From Fimicolochytrium jonesii (taxonomy: Eukaryota): a stretch of DNA of 58,109 nt. Numbering within the stretch: position 1 is the first letter of the stretch; every line of letters begins with the position of its first letter. Made by a program: the position numbers and the translations under genes. The stretch covers positions 1,736,001-1,794,109 of the forward strand of contig NW_026515670.1 of NCBI RefSeq assembly GCF_025526975.1, in the 5' to 3' direction. Below, piece by piece: positions 46,464 through 58,109 of the stretch. A model generated the notes under the pieces. It was not told where the DNA came from, searched no databases, and saw nothing but the letters and a program-made list of their open reading frames with translations.

Positions 46464-48465
46464 TTATGCCCAGCCATTGTCTGTAGAAATTTAGAAAAAC
46501 CACACATTTGTCGTTAGACTTGTGATCATATTGGTCATATCTGTTATCGAATGGTCTTAGGGTTGAATGATCGAATAGAATGGTCGAACTTTCGCTTCTA
46601 TAAAACTGCTCTCACTTCGCTTATGGATCACATTGAGGCTTTTCGTGAGATTAGGGTTGAACATACTCATACTGTACATGTAGCGAGGACGCCTTCGTGC
46701 ATGTGCAATTTCACCACATCTCGCCTATTACGCAGCGCAGCGCAACACATGCCCATGCACAGCCGTACACTCTGCTGCACATGCGGACGTTCCCCAAACA
46801 CGAGGGGATCTGCGGGCGTCATATCAAAGAGGTTATTTACAGATCTCGTTTTTGCTGCGACGACGACGACAAGTTTGAAAGACCCGGACAAGTCCAACTA
46901 GCAGCCAAAACGAGCTCAAATCAGCCACGCGTTTTCCACGCAGCTTTTGACGTCCAAACCACCATCTTCAAGAGGCTCCTTAGAGCTCAAGACGAAAAAT
47001 GTGATCACGTTATCAAAATAACCTCGTTTAACAGCGTGAAGAAGATGTCGGTTTCGATTTCTCCTCGATACGCAAATCGCTCCTAGGAAGACGTAGTAGG
47101 AGCTCGGTTAGCCCTTACATCGATGCTCCTCCACATGGCGGCTGCAGTCTCCTAGTTCGATTTGCAAGCCAATCCCGAGGAAAGAGTGCTCAAATCCGAT
47201 TTCAGGTTCCTCCAAAGCCACATCTTCGCGCTTCCTGCGAACTTCAGGACCGTCAATTCGCAGTAATCGTAGGTCGACCGATTGTTGTACTTTTGACCCA
47301 TATCGTTAGTCTCAGCGTCCTTGTTTGATGCAGTCTCGGCATCCAGCAGGGTATCACGGTATGGCGGCAGGCTGTAGCTGTTGTCCAAAGTCGGTCCGCG
47401 AGGAATCATGGGCAACAAGGGGCGACTGACGTCCCGAGAAGGCAATTTGGAAGCAAACGGCGAACAATAGCGAAGAAGAGGTCCGTTGTACGGCTTAGTT
47501 TTCCGCTTGCTGTCAGGGGTCGATGGGACAGTGAGTTCGCGAAACCCATTTGTGTCGTTTGGGTGAGGGAGTGAGGCCGGTTCCTTCTCATCTCAAGGGC
47601 CTCTTTCCACCTCCTTTCGGAAGAGTCGTCAGCGATAGGCCAAGGACGAAACCATAGAGAAGTTTGCATCCCAAACATATGCCCAGCCTCCCCGAAGCAC
47701 ACAGTCCACAGCGCGCTGGCTTGCAACGCCACCTCGTATGGACGAGGGCCAGAGGAGGGAAGGCAAGGCCCCCGTGCAAGAAAAAAGTCGGAATGCTGCG
47801 CAGGGTCGAACTCTTTTCGCGTGTCTTGGGAGCGCAACATGCATGAGGGAGCTGGAGAGCCGAGCTTGGTTGGCCCTTCTGCACTACTTTTATACCCATA
47901 TAGACCCCACGCATCGTCTTTTCGTAGCATAAACGAATTAATGGAATGGCTGTAGGATCTCTGGTTGGCGGAAGTATTGCGGTTGCGAAGTACGGCGGCT
48001 TTGGCGTCTTCGAAAACTTTCTTGATGCCTCCACGTCCAATACTCAGCGGAATTTCTTGTCCAGGTACTCCAATCGTAGTGTTGTCTGGGTACGCGATTC
48101 GTCCTTGGCCGTTGATAACTAGTTCTCCTCGATTCTGAACCTCGGAAAAGTCTTGGCAAAATCTGCGCAGATGCCCTTCTTGATCGCAATAGACGCATCG
48201 CCAAGGTCGAACATTCGCATTGCCGGTGTTCGTCGAACTTACTGACTGTCATTTTATTCGCTCGTCGAGGATTCTCCCAGCGGCTTGTTACTCACTTACT
48301 GTTAAAGGGAAGCACGTGCATGAGCCCCATCTATCTGTCGCCCCTTTTTTCAAACGGCAGAAACTACGGCTGAATTGGAAGTTGAAACCCCCAAGATTGC
48401 GTCGGACTCCAGAAACCTCCGGCCCGCACACATTTCACCACACTCCAACCTCCACAACCTCCACC

Positions 48466-49471
48466 ATGCCTCCTCTACCGCACATATTCACAGACGTCAA
48501 GCTAGAGAAGGTCATCTACGACGCTACCCTCAAGCTTCTGCACGCGATACAGGACGGCGATCTTGACACCTATCACGAACTTGTGGCACATGATGTCACC
48601 GCGTTCGAGCCGGAGGCTGGGGAGCACCAGGTAGGGAGACCGGAGGAGGAGGAGATGGAGGTGGAGGGTTGAACTCAATATGGAACGGGGTTCCGAGCGA
48701 CGCGAGGAGAATGCAAGCAATGGCGAGCCCAACTGGGCCGTAGGCGTAGGGATGCTTGAGTTCCGAGCGAAGCATGTCCACTGCGCCAAAGGCGCAGGAA
48801 TGGTTGAGTGCGGCGAAGCCGGGGCGAAGCCGGAGGCCCAGGGCTGCAGATCGCAACAGCAGCCCATGCTCCTTGTCGCAGCTGAGCAGCAGGGTATCGT
48901 TCCATCCGCCGAACACCTCGCTTCGCTTGACGTCCACCGAACGCTTCCCTTTGCTTGTGATTCTCACCCACGTTTGCTTCGCCAGGTGCACGGTTTAGAT
49001 TTCCACCGCTTCTACTTTGACCTTGCCCATCCCGGTAGCGGCCAAAAGGCAATCATTGCCCCAACATCGGCCGCCGACGGCCCAACTCAGGTTCTCTACG
49101 CGCCCGAAACATCTCCACCCACGACCACCGTCTCCTTCCCAACCCAACCACCCCCCATTCAACAAATAACCATCGCATCCCCCCACATCCGCATCCTCTC
49201 CCCAGACCGCACATCCGCCCTTATCACCTACATCCGCGTGACCCAAAAGCTCGTTGACGCGTCGAAAGGTGCGGCGGGCGTGCAGGTGTCTACGTCGCAG
49301 GAGACGAGGGTGTGGGAATATGATAAGAAGGATGGCGTGTGGAGGAATGTGCATTTTCATCGGTCGGTTGTGCCGCCGCCGTCAAGGCCGCCGGTGCATG
49401 TCGGGCGTGGCGGTGGGAAGAGGGAGTGTCAGGCGTGTGGAAGGGATAGAGGTAGCAACGCTAAATTGTAG
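48466..49471 (+). CDS. Stand-alone CaMKII association (hub) domain-like protein, NTF2-like fold (exons 48466-48630 and 48986-49471)
   Basis: TLKLLHAIQDGDLDTY...VTAFEPEAGEHQ|VHGLDFHRFYF...PHIRIL...ALITYIRVTQ...ETRVW...WRNVHFHRS closely follows the CaMKII hub consensus. GTAGG...CAG intron is phase 0. Confidence 0.9.
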
Positions 49472-49682
49472 AAATGCGTAAATTTCAACGTACGGTATCC
49501 TCTGACGAGCGGAGATCAATTTTGTATCAAACACAATTCACGACAGTACTTCCTTCGTATAGGAGAAAAAAGGAAGTACGATTTGTATATTTGCTAGCAT
49601 ACAGCAACCCGTCCCAGACCACACAAAGAAGTCCGCACGAGAAGCCCAACAAGTCAGAAGTCACGAAAAATCCCCATCTGCA

Positions 49683-51986
49683 TCACTGAAATCCCCCCTC
49701 CTCGGCCTGCCCCGTGCTGCTCTCCCCCCTCGTCGCGGGCGGATCACTCAAACTAACCGCCTCCATCATGACATCCTCGCTCTTCGCAGACTTGAGCAGC
49801 TCGATCTTGTCGCTCGATGTTCCGCGGAACGGGTTGTCGACCTCCTTTTTGGAGGGGCTGCGGGCGCGGAAGCTGACAGTAGAGCCTTGGCGCGAAGCGG
49901 CGCGGACGGCCTGGATTTGTTGCAGGGTTTGGACGTTGGATTCGGAGAGAGTTGTGAAGTGGGGGCGGATGTATCTGGGGGGGGGGGGGGGGGGGGGGGG
50001 GAGGGGGGGAGGGGCGGGTAGAAGTTCAAGGTTGTGAGCATCGGTGGGGGAACCCAGCCCCGAAATCGAAGTTTGTCAATACTTACTTAGCATCCAACTG
50101 ATAAAGCCACGCAAAAATCACACTCTGCTTCGACGGCGTCGCCAACACCTGCGCTTCCTCATCCAACTCATTCTGCGTCTCAATCATCCCATACCCCTGC
50201 CCTCCCTCCCCACCCGCCGTCGCACTCCTCGGCGTATCCGCCGTCCCCGCCACGGCGCCCACAGTCGGATGCCCCGCCTTCGGCTCCGCATGGGTGTCCT
50301 CAACCAAATGCAGCCACTTCAACATGCTCGGTGTCAACCCACCCAGCACAAGCACGGTCAGCACGACGACCATGACGGTGGTGCCGAAGATCTGGCCTTT
50401 GACATCTTCGTCAAAGACGGGGTGCTCGAGGAAGGTTACGCCAAGCGCGAAGGCGACGGCGCCACGAAGGCCGGAGAACCACATGAGAACTTGTTGGTTG
50501 AAGGGGACTGCGTCTTCTTTTTTGCCGGCGATGTTGGTCATGCCGAGGAAGATGAAGATGTGGGTGCGGGAGACGAGGATGGAGATCTGGTGGGAGGGGT
50601 GTGAGCCTTGTATATTGGTGATATGGGTTGGGATGCATGGGATACTTACAGCGGCGAAGAACACTAGCATGGGACTGTAGACCGTCTTTCCGCCGAAGGA
50701 TAACAGGCCGAGACCCAAGTACAGGAAGATGAAACACTCGCACATGAATCCGATCATGCGCAAGGTCGACTACGATAATCGCAAGGCATCAAAAAATCAA
50801 AACAACCATTGCCATGCCAAAACCTCCGTCAGACCACCCACCTTCAGATTCTTCGCACTCTCCGGCGCCAAATTATTATACGCATAATGCGCCATCGTAA
50901 TCCCCGTAAAGAAGACACTAATGATTCCCGTCAAACTCAACAGATCCGCCAGCAGGTAGCTCACATACGCGAAAATGAGCACCATCGTTGTCTCATACGT
51001 GCTCACTTCATGCGGGTCCACCTTTACATGTTTCGTGATCTTCGCCAATCCCAGGCCGAATGCTACCCCGACGATCGCGGAGCCGAGGAAGACGCCGGCG
51101 GAGGCGAAGACGGCAAGGAGGAATGTGCCAGCTCCCAGGCGCATGTGCGGGTCGGCGAGGGAGGTAAAGAAGCGGTACAGGATAATCGAGACCGCATCGT
51201 TCAAGGCCGACTCGCCGAAAATCAGCATGTACAATTTGCGATCGACGTTGGCGGGGAGCAGCGAGAGAACGGTGACCGGGTCCGTTGAGGAGATGAGGGA
51301 TCCAAAGACGAGGGACTCGATGAAGGACCAGGGGGAGATGAGTTTGGAAAAGAAGTACATGAGGATGGATGTGACGAAGGTGGAGTAGAGGGCGCCGAAG
51401 AAAGCGAGGACCATGATTGTGAGGATGTTTTGAAAGAAGGAGACACGTTGGAGGGCAAAACCGCCCTGTTTGTGGGAGAGGGTATCAGTGGGTGGGTTTT
51501 TGTGTGGGAGGGGGGCGAACGTACCTCGAAGATGATGGGCGGCAGGAGGACCATGTAGAAGAATTTACTGGATAGTTGGATCGCGGTGTTTTGCTCGTCG
51601 TAGGAGATGGCGGTCCATCCCATCGCAACCACCAGTCCTGATCGAGTCAAAAGTACATCAGTAATGCGCTCCAAAATCATTCCACTGCAGGGCTCTTCCT
51701 GGCAAGACTGCAGTTTTCCCCTTCCAAACCCGCACCGAAACTGACCCAACAAGATATAAACCGCCGTCTCCCCAACATAATGAAACTTCTTCTTATGCAA
51801 AAACACATTGATGTTCATCGCCACCGCCATCAGGATCAGCATCAGCAGCGCGCGCACGAAAAGGGTGTGCTGTTCCATTTCTGCCGATGAGTGCCCGGTG
51901 CCGATACCGCTGGGGAGGCCGTCGCCGGCGGAGATGTCGGTTTCGGTGGTGTTGGTGGTCGTCGTGGGCTCTTCTGTTAGGGACAT
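49683..51986 (-). CDS. Na+(K+)/H+ exchanger, CPA1 family, multi-exon (NHX1/NHE8-like)
   Basis: FFYMVLLPPIIFE, FGSLISSTDPVTVL, IFGESALNDAVSI, LSLTGIISVFFTGI and WFSGLRGAVAFAL, with several short GT-AG introns. Internal exon boundaries were not all resolved. Confidence 0.95.
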
Positions 51987-52763
51987 TTTGGCGAGCGTGG
52001 TTGTGAAGCGGAGTTATGGAAGAGTAACCAAGTGACAGGAAGGAAGTTGCCGTTGTTGCTTGGACTGTTGCGACGACGGTCTCTAATTGGGGGGGGGAGG
52101 GGGGGAGGGGGGGGGGGGTCTCAAAATTCCAAATAAGAAGGCTTTTTCTCAAGGGATGAGAACGAAGACTAATTTCCCGCTAGTTCTGAGTTTTGGTCGA
52201 GTCAGCGGAGTTGAGGAAATGACTTACGTAAGATGCGCGGTCTGTGTTGCGCCCTCTCTCTCGTATCTTCCCCCTCGGCTCACTACTAGTCTGTCAAGGG
52301 GACAACGAACTATAGAAACTGTATACTCAACCCGGCCACCCACCCGTCGTTACACTCCCACACCCCCGAGAATTTGTCGAAAATGGACTCCAATGCATCA
52401 ACCTCAAAGAAACGACCCCAGGACACCGAACGTTCCGCCCCCCCATTCACCGCCTCCACAGCTGCCACCTCCACCTCCACCTCCACGCCATCCAAAAAAG
52501 CAAAACATCGTCATATCGAACACCACGTCACCTGCACAATGATCTCGAACGTTTCTTCATTGACTGGCCGGTAGGTACCGTGCTTCGTTTGTGGTTTTCC
52601 TCCGCTCGTGGTTTTTCGCGAGCGTCGTGTTACTGTCAAAATCGTTGTGGTGGTGGCCGGCAGAAGCGAGGGTCTGTCGAATCCGGGGGGTACGGTCGGG
52701 TGTCGGGAAAAATAAGCTGCCGGTCTCTCAATAGCACAAGAAGAGATCTCAAGCGAGAGCGTC

Positions 52764-53800
52764 TGTAATGAGGTGCTGCAGGTGTCACCTTAGTGCGGGG
52801 AAGCGCGTGTAGCATAGATTATATTGGAGTCCTACGCTCTGGGGTGACTCCCGAAGGGAAGAAAAGCCTTCGGGCGGCGCCCCGGGAGGTAGAAACTCTA
52901 GAATTCTTTCAATACATCGAGACGGAGACAGAGCTAGCCTCTGGCAACGGACCTAGCATTATTACATGGTAGCACCACCCTTCAAGATCTCTCCGGCAAC
53001 CTACGATGAGCAACTCTCAGGCGGGTGCTAATACCGCCGTCAGCGATGCGATAGTTAACAATGACCGCTTAGAGCTTGATCCATTTGAACACCCGCATCG
53101 AAGGGCGCAACGGCTTGACGGCGACCAACGCCAAGGCAACGGCCCCGCAGAGCGTAACCGCCTCTTGCACAGGCGCAGGGGGTCACCCCCGTGGTCGCCA
53201 CCTGGAAGGAGGCACTCCAGCTCACGCTCACCTCGTCGACGTCGAAGCCCGGACCCCCAACGCCGGAATCGGACGCCAGAGCAATAGAGGCGCGGACGAC
53301 GAGGTCGCAGGAGCATCTCCCCACCCCGTCAAAGGAGTCGCTCAGCAAGCCGCCACCGCAGCTGCTCCCCGGCAAGGACCCGAAGCCGCTCCCCCATGCG
53401 GCGCAGGAGCCGTACCGCAGCCCGACAAGAGAACGGACAGGCAACAATCCTCCAAATCCTGGCCCAGCTGGCCAACACCAACGCCCAACTCCAGCAGCGA
53501 TTCGAGTGCCTGGAGAGGGACCGCCCAGATGACGGCCTCTGAGCTGGAGTACAGGTTGGCCGCAAGGACCATTTGGCAGCTAGCAAAGAGCGTAAGCGCA
53601 AGGCGGCCGCAGAGAAGGAGTTCCGAACCACCTTGGCTAAGATGCTGATCAAGTTCGACGGTAAGGCTAACGGTAAAGACATGGTCGCCAAACTGGACGA
53701 GTTCGTCGACGCCCACCTACGCTATCTGAAAGCCACCGAATTCAGAACGGAGGACGGGGACGTGAAACACTCTGTGGCCCACTTGTCGGGAGACGCTGTA
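52764..53800 (+). mobile_element. Truncated LTR retrotransposon: 5' LTR, PBS and start of gag
   Basis: 203-bp LTR 52764-52966 (TGTAAT...ATTACA), PBS TGGTAGCACCACC at 52967-52979 identical to that of G3, and gag-like LIKFDGKANG...LDEFV...HLSGDA. Confidence 0.82.
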
Positions 53801-54070
53801 GTATTGCGCTTCAAACTGCGCATGAAATCGATAATATTCCGACGCCAATTATACGCCTAGAATCTTTGACGAGCGAAAGAAATCACCTTTATACGACAAC
53901 GTCAAAATACGGTCAAAACTTTCGACAATAAATCGACACACTCACGTTCCCGACACTCCGACGATTACCAAATACAACCACCTTTACCGAAACCTTCCTT
54001 CACAACGATGTTTTGTCCTCGGATACGACTGACATGCGAAAAATGTAGGCGTAGGAGAGGATCTCACACA

Positions 54071-57000
54071 TAGGGTTAGGGTTAGGGTTAGGGTTAGGGT
54101 TAGGGTTAGGGTTTAGGGTTACAGGACTGTTCCGGGTTATGGGTTATTTTTGGTGGTCCGGAAAGTGTCAAACAAAGTTGCTAGCAATGTTCAAGGGCGT
54201 CTTACGGTACTGTACATAGAAATTTGGGGCATGTTTTCCACTCAATGCTCCCGGAAAATCTGTTTTTCCGCTTTTTGACTATGAAAATGTCACCAAAACG
54301 CATTTTCTGAAACTCTGAGTGGATGGATTTTGCTTAAAGTTCAATATGTCTCAGAAAACATCCCCAGAAACATCTAGGAACCTTCATCTACTCTAGTATT
54401 TATCAACTCCTGGCACTTTTGGTTTCCAGGCAATATGGGGGTGTTCTGCAGTTGGCGGCGAGTCACTCAGTTTGGTTTGCTCTCAATTTGCTACATGTTC
54501 AAATCCTTTTGAGGCCCAAATACTTTCCTTTCTTCCATTGCTCCTCCGGATGGTGGAGGATGGCAAATGCCTTTTTGCATTGCAATATATGGATATGACA
54601 GGGTGTTTGTCAACTAGCAAATCATGCAAAAAGCGTGCAGTGCATGTCCGTTTGCATGCACTATGTCATCTGTACCACCTTGGACACCCCAGGAAAATTG
54701 TGCGGATTCAAAAGATAATATAGTTACGGAAGTGGAACCAGGGAGATTCAATGACTAATGAAGGGCCTATGGCACACATAAGTTCCCAGGAGTGGGACTT
54801 GGAGAATTTGTTGCCTGGAACCCTAGGGACTTAGAAATTTTCGAGTTTTTTGGCTTTTGGGTGTGTTCTACAGTTCGAATTTTTGACTCTGAGGGGTGTA
54901 GTGGCGGGGGGTGTTGCGCACCTAGGCAAGTTGGGGAGGACTAGGTGTGCAAGGGCAAGTGATGGGTCATATGGGCGGTGGTGCGGGTACGGGGGGGGGC
55001 AGGGGTGCGAATAGGGGGGGGGGGTTGATATAAAGGGGACATATAAGTTATATATACGTTATAGGACTTGTGCAAATTGGGATTTTTTTAGTGCCGATCC
55101 GGAGTTGGCGTCCTAATTAAAAGTTGGCCCCATATCATATTCTCTAATTGAAGTACTCTCGGATTGGCAATCTGTGCGGAAAAGGCTTCAGAAACTTAGA
55201 AAAACAAAATTTGCACGCGACAGGGGGTAAAAAATTGGAAAATGTGGTGATATCTCAACATCTGGCTGAATAACCAGTGTTGGGCACTTAATGAAAGTTG
55301 ATTGTAGCCTATGGTTTGCATAGCTGATGTGGTAGCAAATCTTGTGTAACCTTGCTTTTGGCTGAAGAAAAGGGCCCCTTTTCAATTCTCAAGTCGTGAC
55401 CCCCAAGACCTCCTAACAAAAGACTCGAGTACGTATGTGCAGGCAAAGGGGGTTGGCTGTGTTCTCCAGTAAACATTTTGTGAATTCCGCTGTGCATTGT
55501 AGACTGTATGTAGGACCCTTGGGTTAGGGTTAGGGTTAGGGTTAGGGTTACAAGACCCCCTGGGTTGGGTTTTATTTTTGGGTTGCCTGGAACCCTAGGG
55601 ACTTAGAAATTTTCGAGTTTTTTGGCTTTTGGGTGTGTTCTACAGTTCAAATTCTTGACTCTGAGGGGTGTGGTGGCGGGGGGTGTTGCGCACCTAGGCA
55701 AGTCGGGGGGGACTAGGTGTGCAAGGGCAAGTGATGGGTCATATGGGTGGTGGTGCGGGTACGGGGGGGGGGCAGGGGTGCCAATAGGGGGGGGGTTGAT
55801 ATAAAGGGGACATATATGTTATATATACGTTATAGGACTTGTGCAAATTGGGATTTTTTTAGTGCCGATCCGGAGTTGGCGTCCTAATTAAAAGTTGGCC
55901 CCATATCATATTCTCTAATTGAAGTACTCTCGGATTGGCAATCTGTGCGGAAAAGGCTTCAGAAACTTAGAAAAACAAAATTTGCACGCGACAGGGGGTA
56001 AAAAATTGGAAAATGTGGTGATATCTCAACATCTGGCTGAATAACCAGTGTTGGGCACTTAATGAAAGTTGATTGTAGCCTATGGTTTGCATAGCTGATG
56101 TGGTAGCAAATCTTGTGTAACCTTGCTTTTGGCTGAAGAAAAGGGCCCCTTTTCAATTCTCAAGTCGTGACCCCCAAGACCTCCTAACAAAAGACTCGAG
56201 TACGTATGTGCAGGCAAAGGGGGTTGGCTGTGTTCTCCAGTAAACATTTTGTGAATTCCGCTGTGCATTGTAGACTGTATGTAGGACCCTTGGGTTAGGG
56301 TTAGGGTTAGGGTTAGGGTTACAAGACCCCCAGGGTTAGGGTTAGGGTTAGGGTTAGGGTTAGGGTTAGGGTTAGGGTTAGGGTTAGGGTTAGGGTTAGG
56401 GTTAGGGTTAGGGTTAGGGTTAGGGTTAGGGTTAGGGTTAGGGTTAGGGTTAGGGTTAGGGTTAGGGTTAGGGTTAGGGTTAGGGTTAGGGTTAGGGTTA
56501 GGGTTAGGGTTAGGGTTAGGGTTAGGGTTAGGGTTACAGGACTGTTCCCGGTTATGGGTTATTTTTGGCCATCCAAAAAGTGTCAAATAAAGTTGCTAGC
56601 AATGTTCAGGGGCATCTTACTGTAATGTGCTTCAAATCTTGGGGCATGTTTTCCACTCAATGCCCCGGGAAAATCTGTTTTTCCGATTTTTTACTATGAA
56701 AATATTGCCAAAATGCATTTTCTGAAACTCTGAGTGGATGGATTTCGCTTAAAGTGAGATATGTCTCAGAAAACATCCCCAAAAACATCTAGGAACCTTC
56801 ATCTACTCTAGTATTCATCAACTCCTGGCACTTTTTGTTTCCAGGCAATATGGGGGTGTTCTCCAGTTGGCGGCGAATGACTCATTTTTGCTATGATCTC
56901 GGGGACGGAGGCGGAAGCGAAGTAGAGAAGACAGGGCGAGAGTGATAGGCGACAAGAGATTTTATTGGCAAAACAAGAAACAAGGACTAGAACAGGAGAT

Positions 57001-58109
57001 GAGAAGAACTGGTGTTGATCTGCTGGGGAGGAAGGGAACGGACAAAGAGAGGCCGGCTATTTATAGATAGGCAACCCAGCAGATCAGAGAACTACAACAA
57101 CAAGAGGGGACTGGGGGGGCATCAGCTATGCTCCTAGAGCGTGCGTGGCGAGCGTAGAGAGCATTGCTACAGCTGCTGGCTATGGGGAAGTAGTGGGGGG
57201 TGTGGAGAAGCCGAGGGGGGGATTGGCGAAATGAGAGGAGAGAGGAGGAGTGGCGATATTGCAAGAGGATTGGCAAAATGAGAGGAGAGAGGGGGAGTGG
57301 CATTGACATTGACAGGGTAGGGTTAGGGTTAGGGTTAGGGTTAGGGTTAGGGTTAGGGTTAGGGTTACAAGACCCCCTGGGTTGGGTTTTATTATTGGGT
57401 TGCCTGGAACCCTAGGGACTTAGAAATTTTCGAGTTTTCTGGCTTTTGGGTGTGTTCTACAGTTCGAATTTTTGACTCTGAGGGAGGTAGTGGCGGGGGG
57501 TATTGCGCACCTAGGCAAGTCGGGGAGGGGACTAGGTGTGCAAGGGCAAGTGATGGGTCATATGGGCGGTGGTGCGGGTACGGGGGGGGGGGGTTGATAT
57601 AAAGGGGACATATATGTTATATATACGTATAGGACTTGTGCAAATTGGGATTTTTCTAGTGCCGATCCGGAGTTGGCGTCCTAATTGAAAAGTTGGCCCC
57701 ATATCATATTCTCTAATTGAAGTACTCTCGGATTGGCAATCCGTGCGGAAACGGCTTCAGAAACTTAGAAAAACGAAATTTTCACGCGACGGGGGGTAAA
57801 AAGTTGGAAAATGTGGTGATATCTCAACATCTGGCTGACTATCCAGTGTAGGGCACTTAATGAAAGTTGATTGTAGCCTATGGTTTGCATAGCTGATGTG
57901 GTAGCAAATCTTGTGTAACCTTGCTTTTGGCTGAAGAACAGGGTTAGGGTTAGGGGTTAGGGTTAGGGTTAGGGTTACAGGACTGTTCCCGGTTATGGGT
58001 TATTTTTGGCCATCCAAAAAGTGTCAAATAAAGTTGCTAGCAATGTTCAGGGGCATCTTACTGTAATGTGCTTCAAATCTTGGGGCATGTTTTCCACTCA
58101 ATGCCCCGG
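54071..58109 (+). repeat. Subtelomeric array with interstitial (TTAGGG)n tracts
   Basis: Tracts at 54071-54121, 55521-55550, 56292-56321, 56332-56536, 57314-57367 and 57940-57977. Unit A (CAGGACTGTTCC...) at 54122, 56537 and 57978. Unit B (...CCTGGAACCCTAGGGAC...) at about 54811-55520, 55551-56291 and 57368-57939, with a 771-bp period between the first two copies. Confidence 0.97.
56889..57314 (-). mobile_element. Partial LTR of the G2 family, truncated and capped by telomere repeats
   Basis: Near-copy of 38215-38640 (TG(C/T)TATGATCTCG...GGCATTGACATTGACA), followed directly by GGGTAGGGTTAGGG. Confidence 0.92.

Noticed and set aside
46500..48400. Several 60-170 aa ORFs between peptide gene B and the hub gene
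   Set aside because: No recognisable motifs or consistent exon structure; treated as intergenic.
49977..50018. Long poly-G tract as a functional G-quadruplex element
   Set aside because: On the coding strand it is the poly-C pyrimidine tract of the last exchanger intron, and homopolymer length is unreliable.
56080..56586. ORF with (NP)n repeat, and duplicated ORFs at 55188 and 55959
   Set aside because: Translations of telomeric and subtelomeric repeats with no coding evidence.

Overview
Eukaryotic, most likely fungal, sequence (spliceosomal introns, TTAGGG repeats; an early-diverging lineage such as a chytrid is a guess) approaching a right-hand chromosome end. Positions 1-25210 hold the right part of an endogenous, decaying Polinton-like/virophage-like dsDNA virus. 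It is intronless, AT-richer than its surroundings and gene-dense. It encodes a possible tyrosine-recombinase C-terminus, an rve integrase with chromodomain, an A32-type packaging ATPase, putative minor and major capsid proteins, a ~2,280-aa fibre protein and an AEP primase-SF3 helicase, and it ends in a repeat-rich terminus with a perfect 49-bp palindrome ending in CA. A complete self-priming-type Ty3/gypsy chromovirus (13416-19185, GTTGG target duplication) splits the fibre gene. The virus itself appears to sit in the 3' UTR of another chromovirus. Positions 25211-44460 are nested retroelements, including a full-length Ty1/copia element with a chromodomain and TG...GT termini, plus a Tc1 fragment. 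Positions 44700-52000 hold host genes: two divergent paralogous secreted Cys-rich peptides, a stand-alone CaMKII hub-like protein and an NHX/NHE exchanger. Positions 54071-58109 are subtelomeric units separated by interstitial (TTAGGG)n tracts. All family assignments come from motif recognition by eye; no database searches were run.
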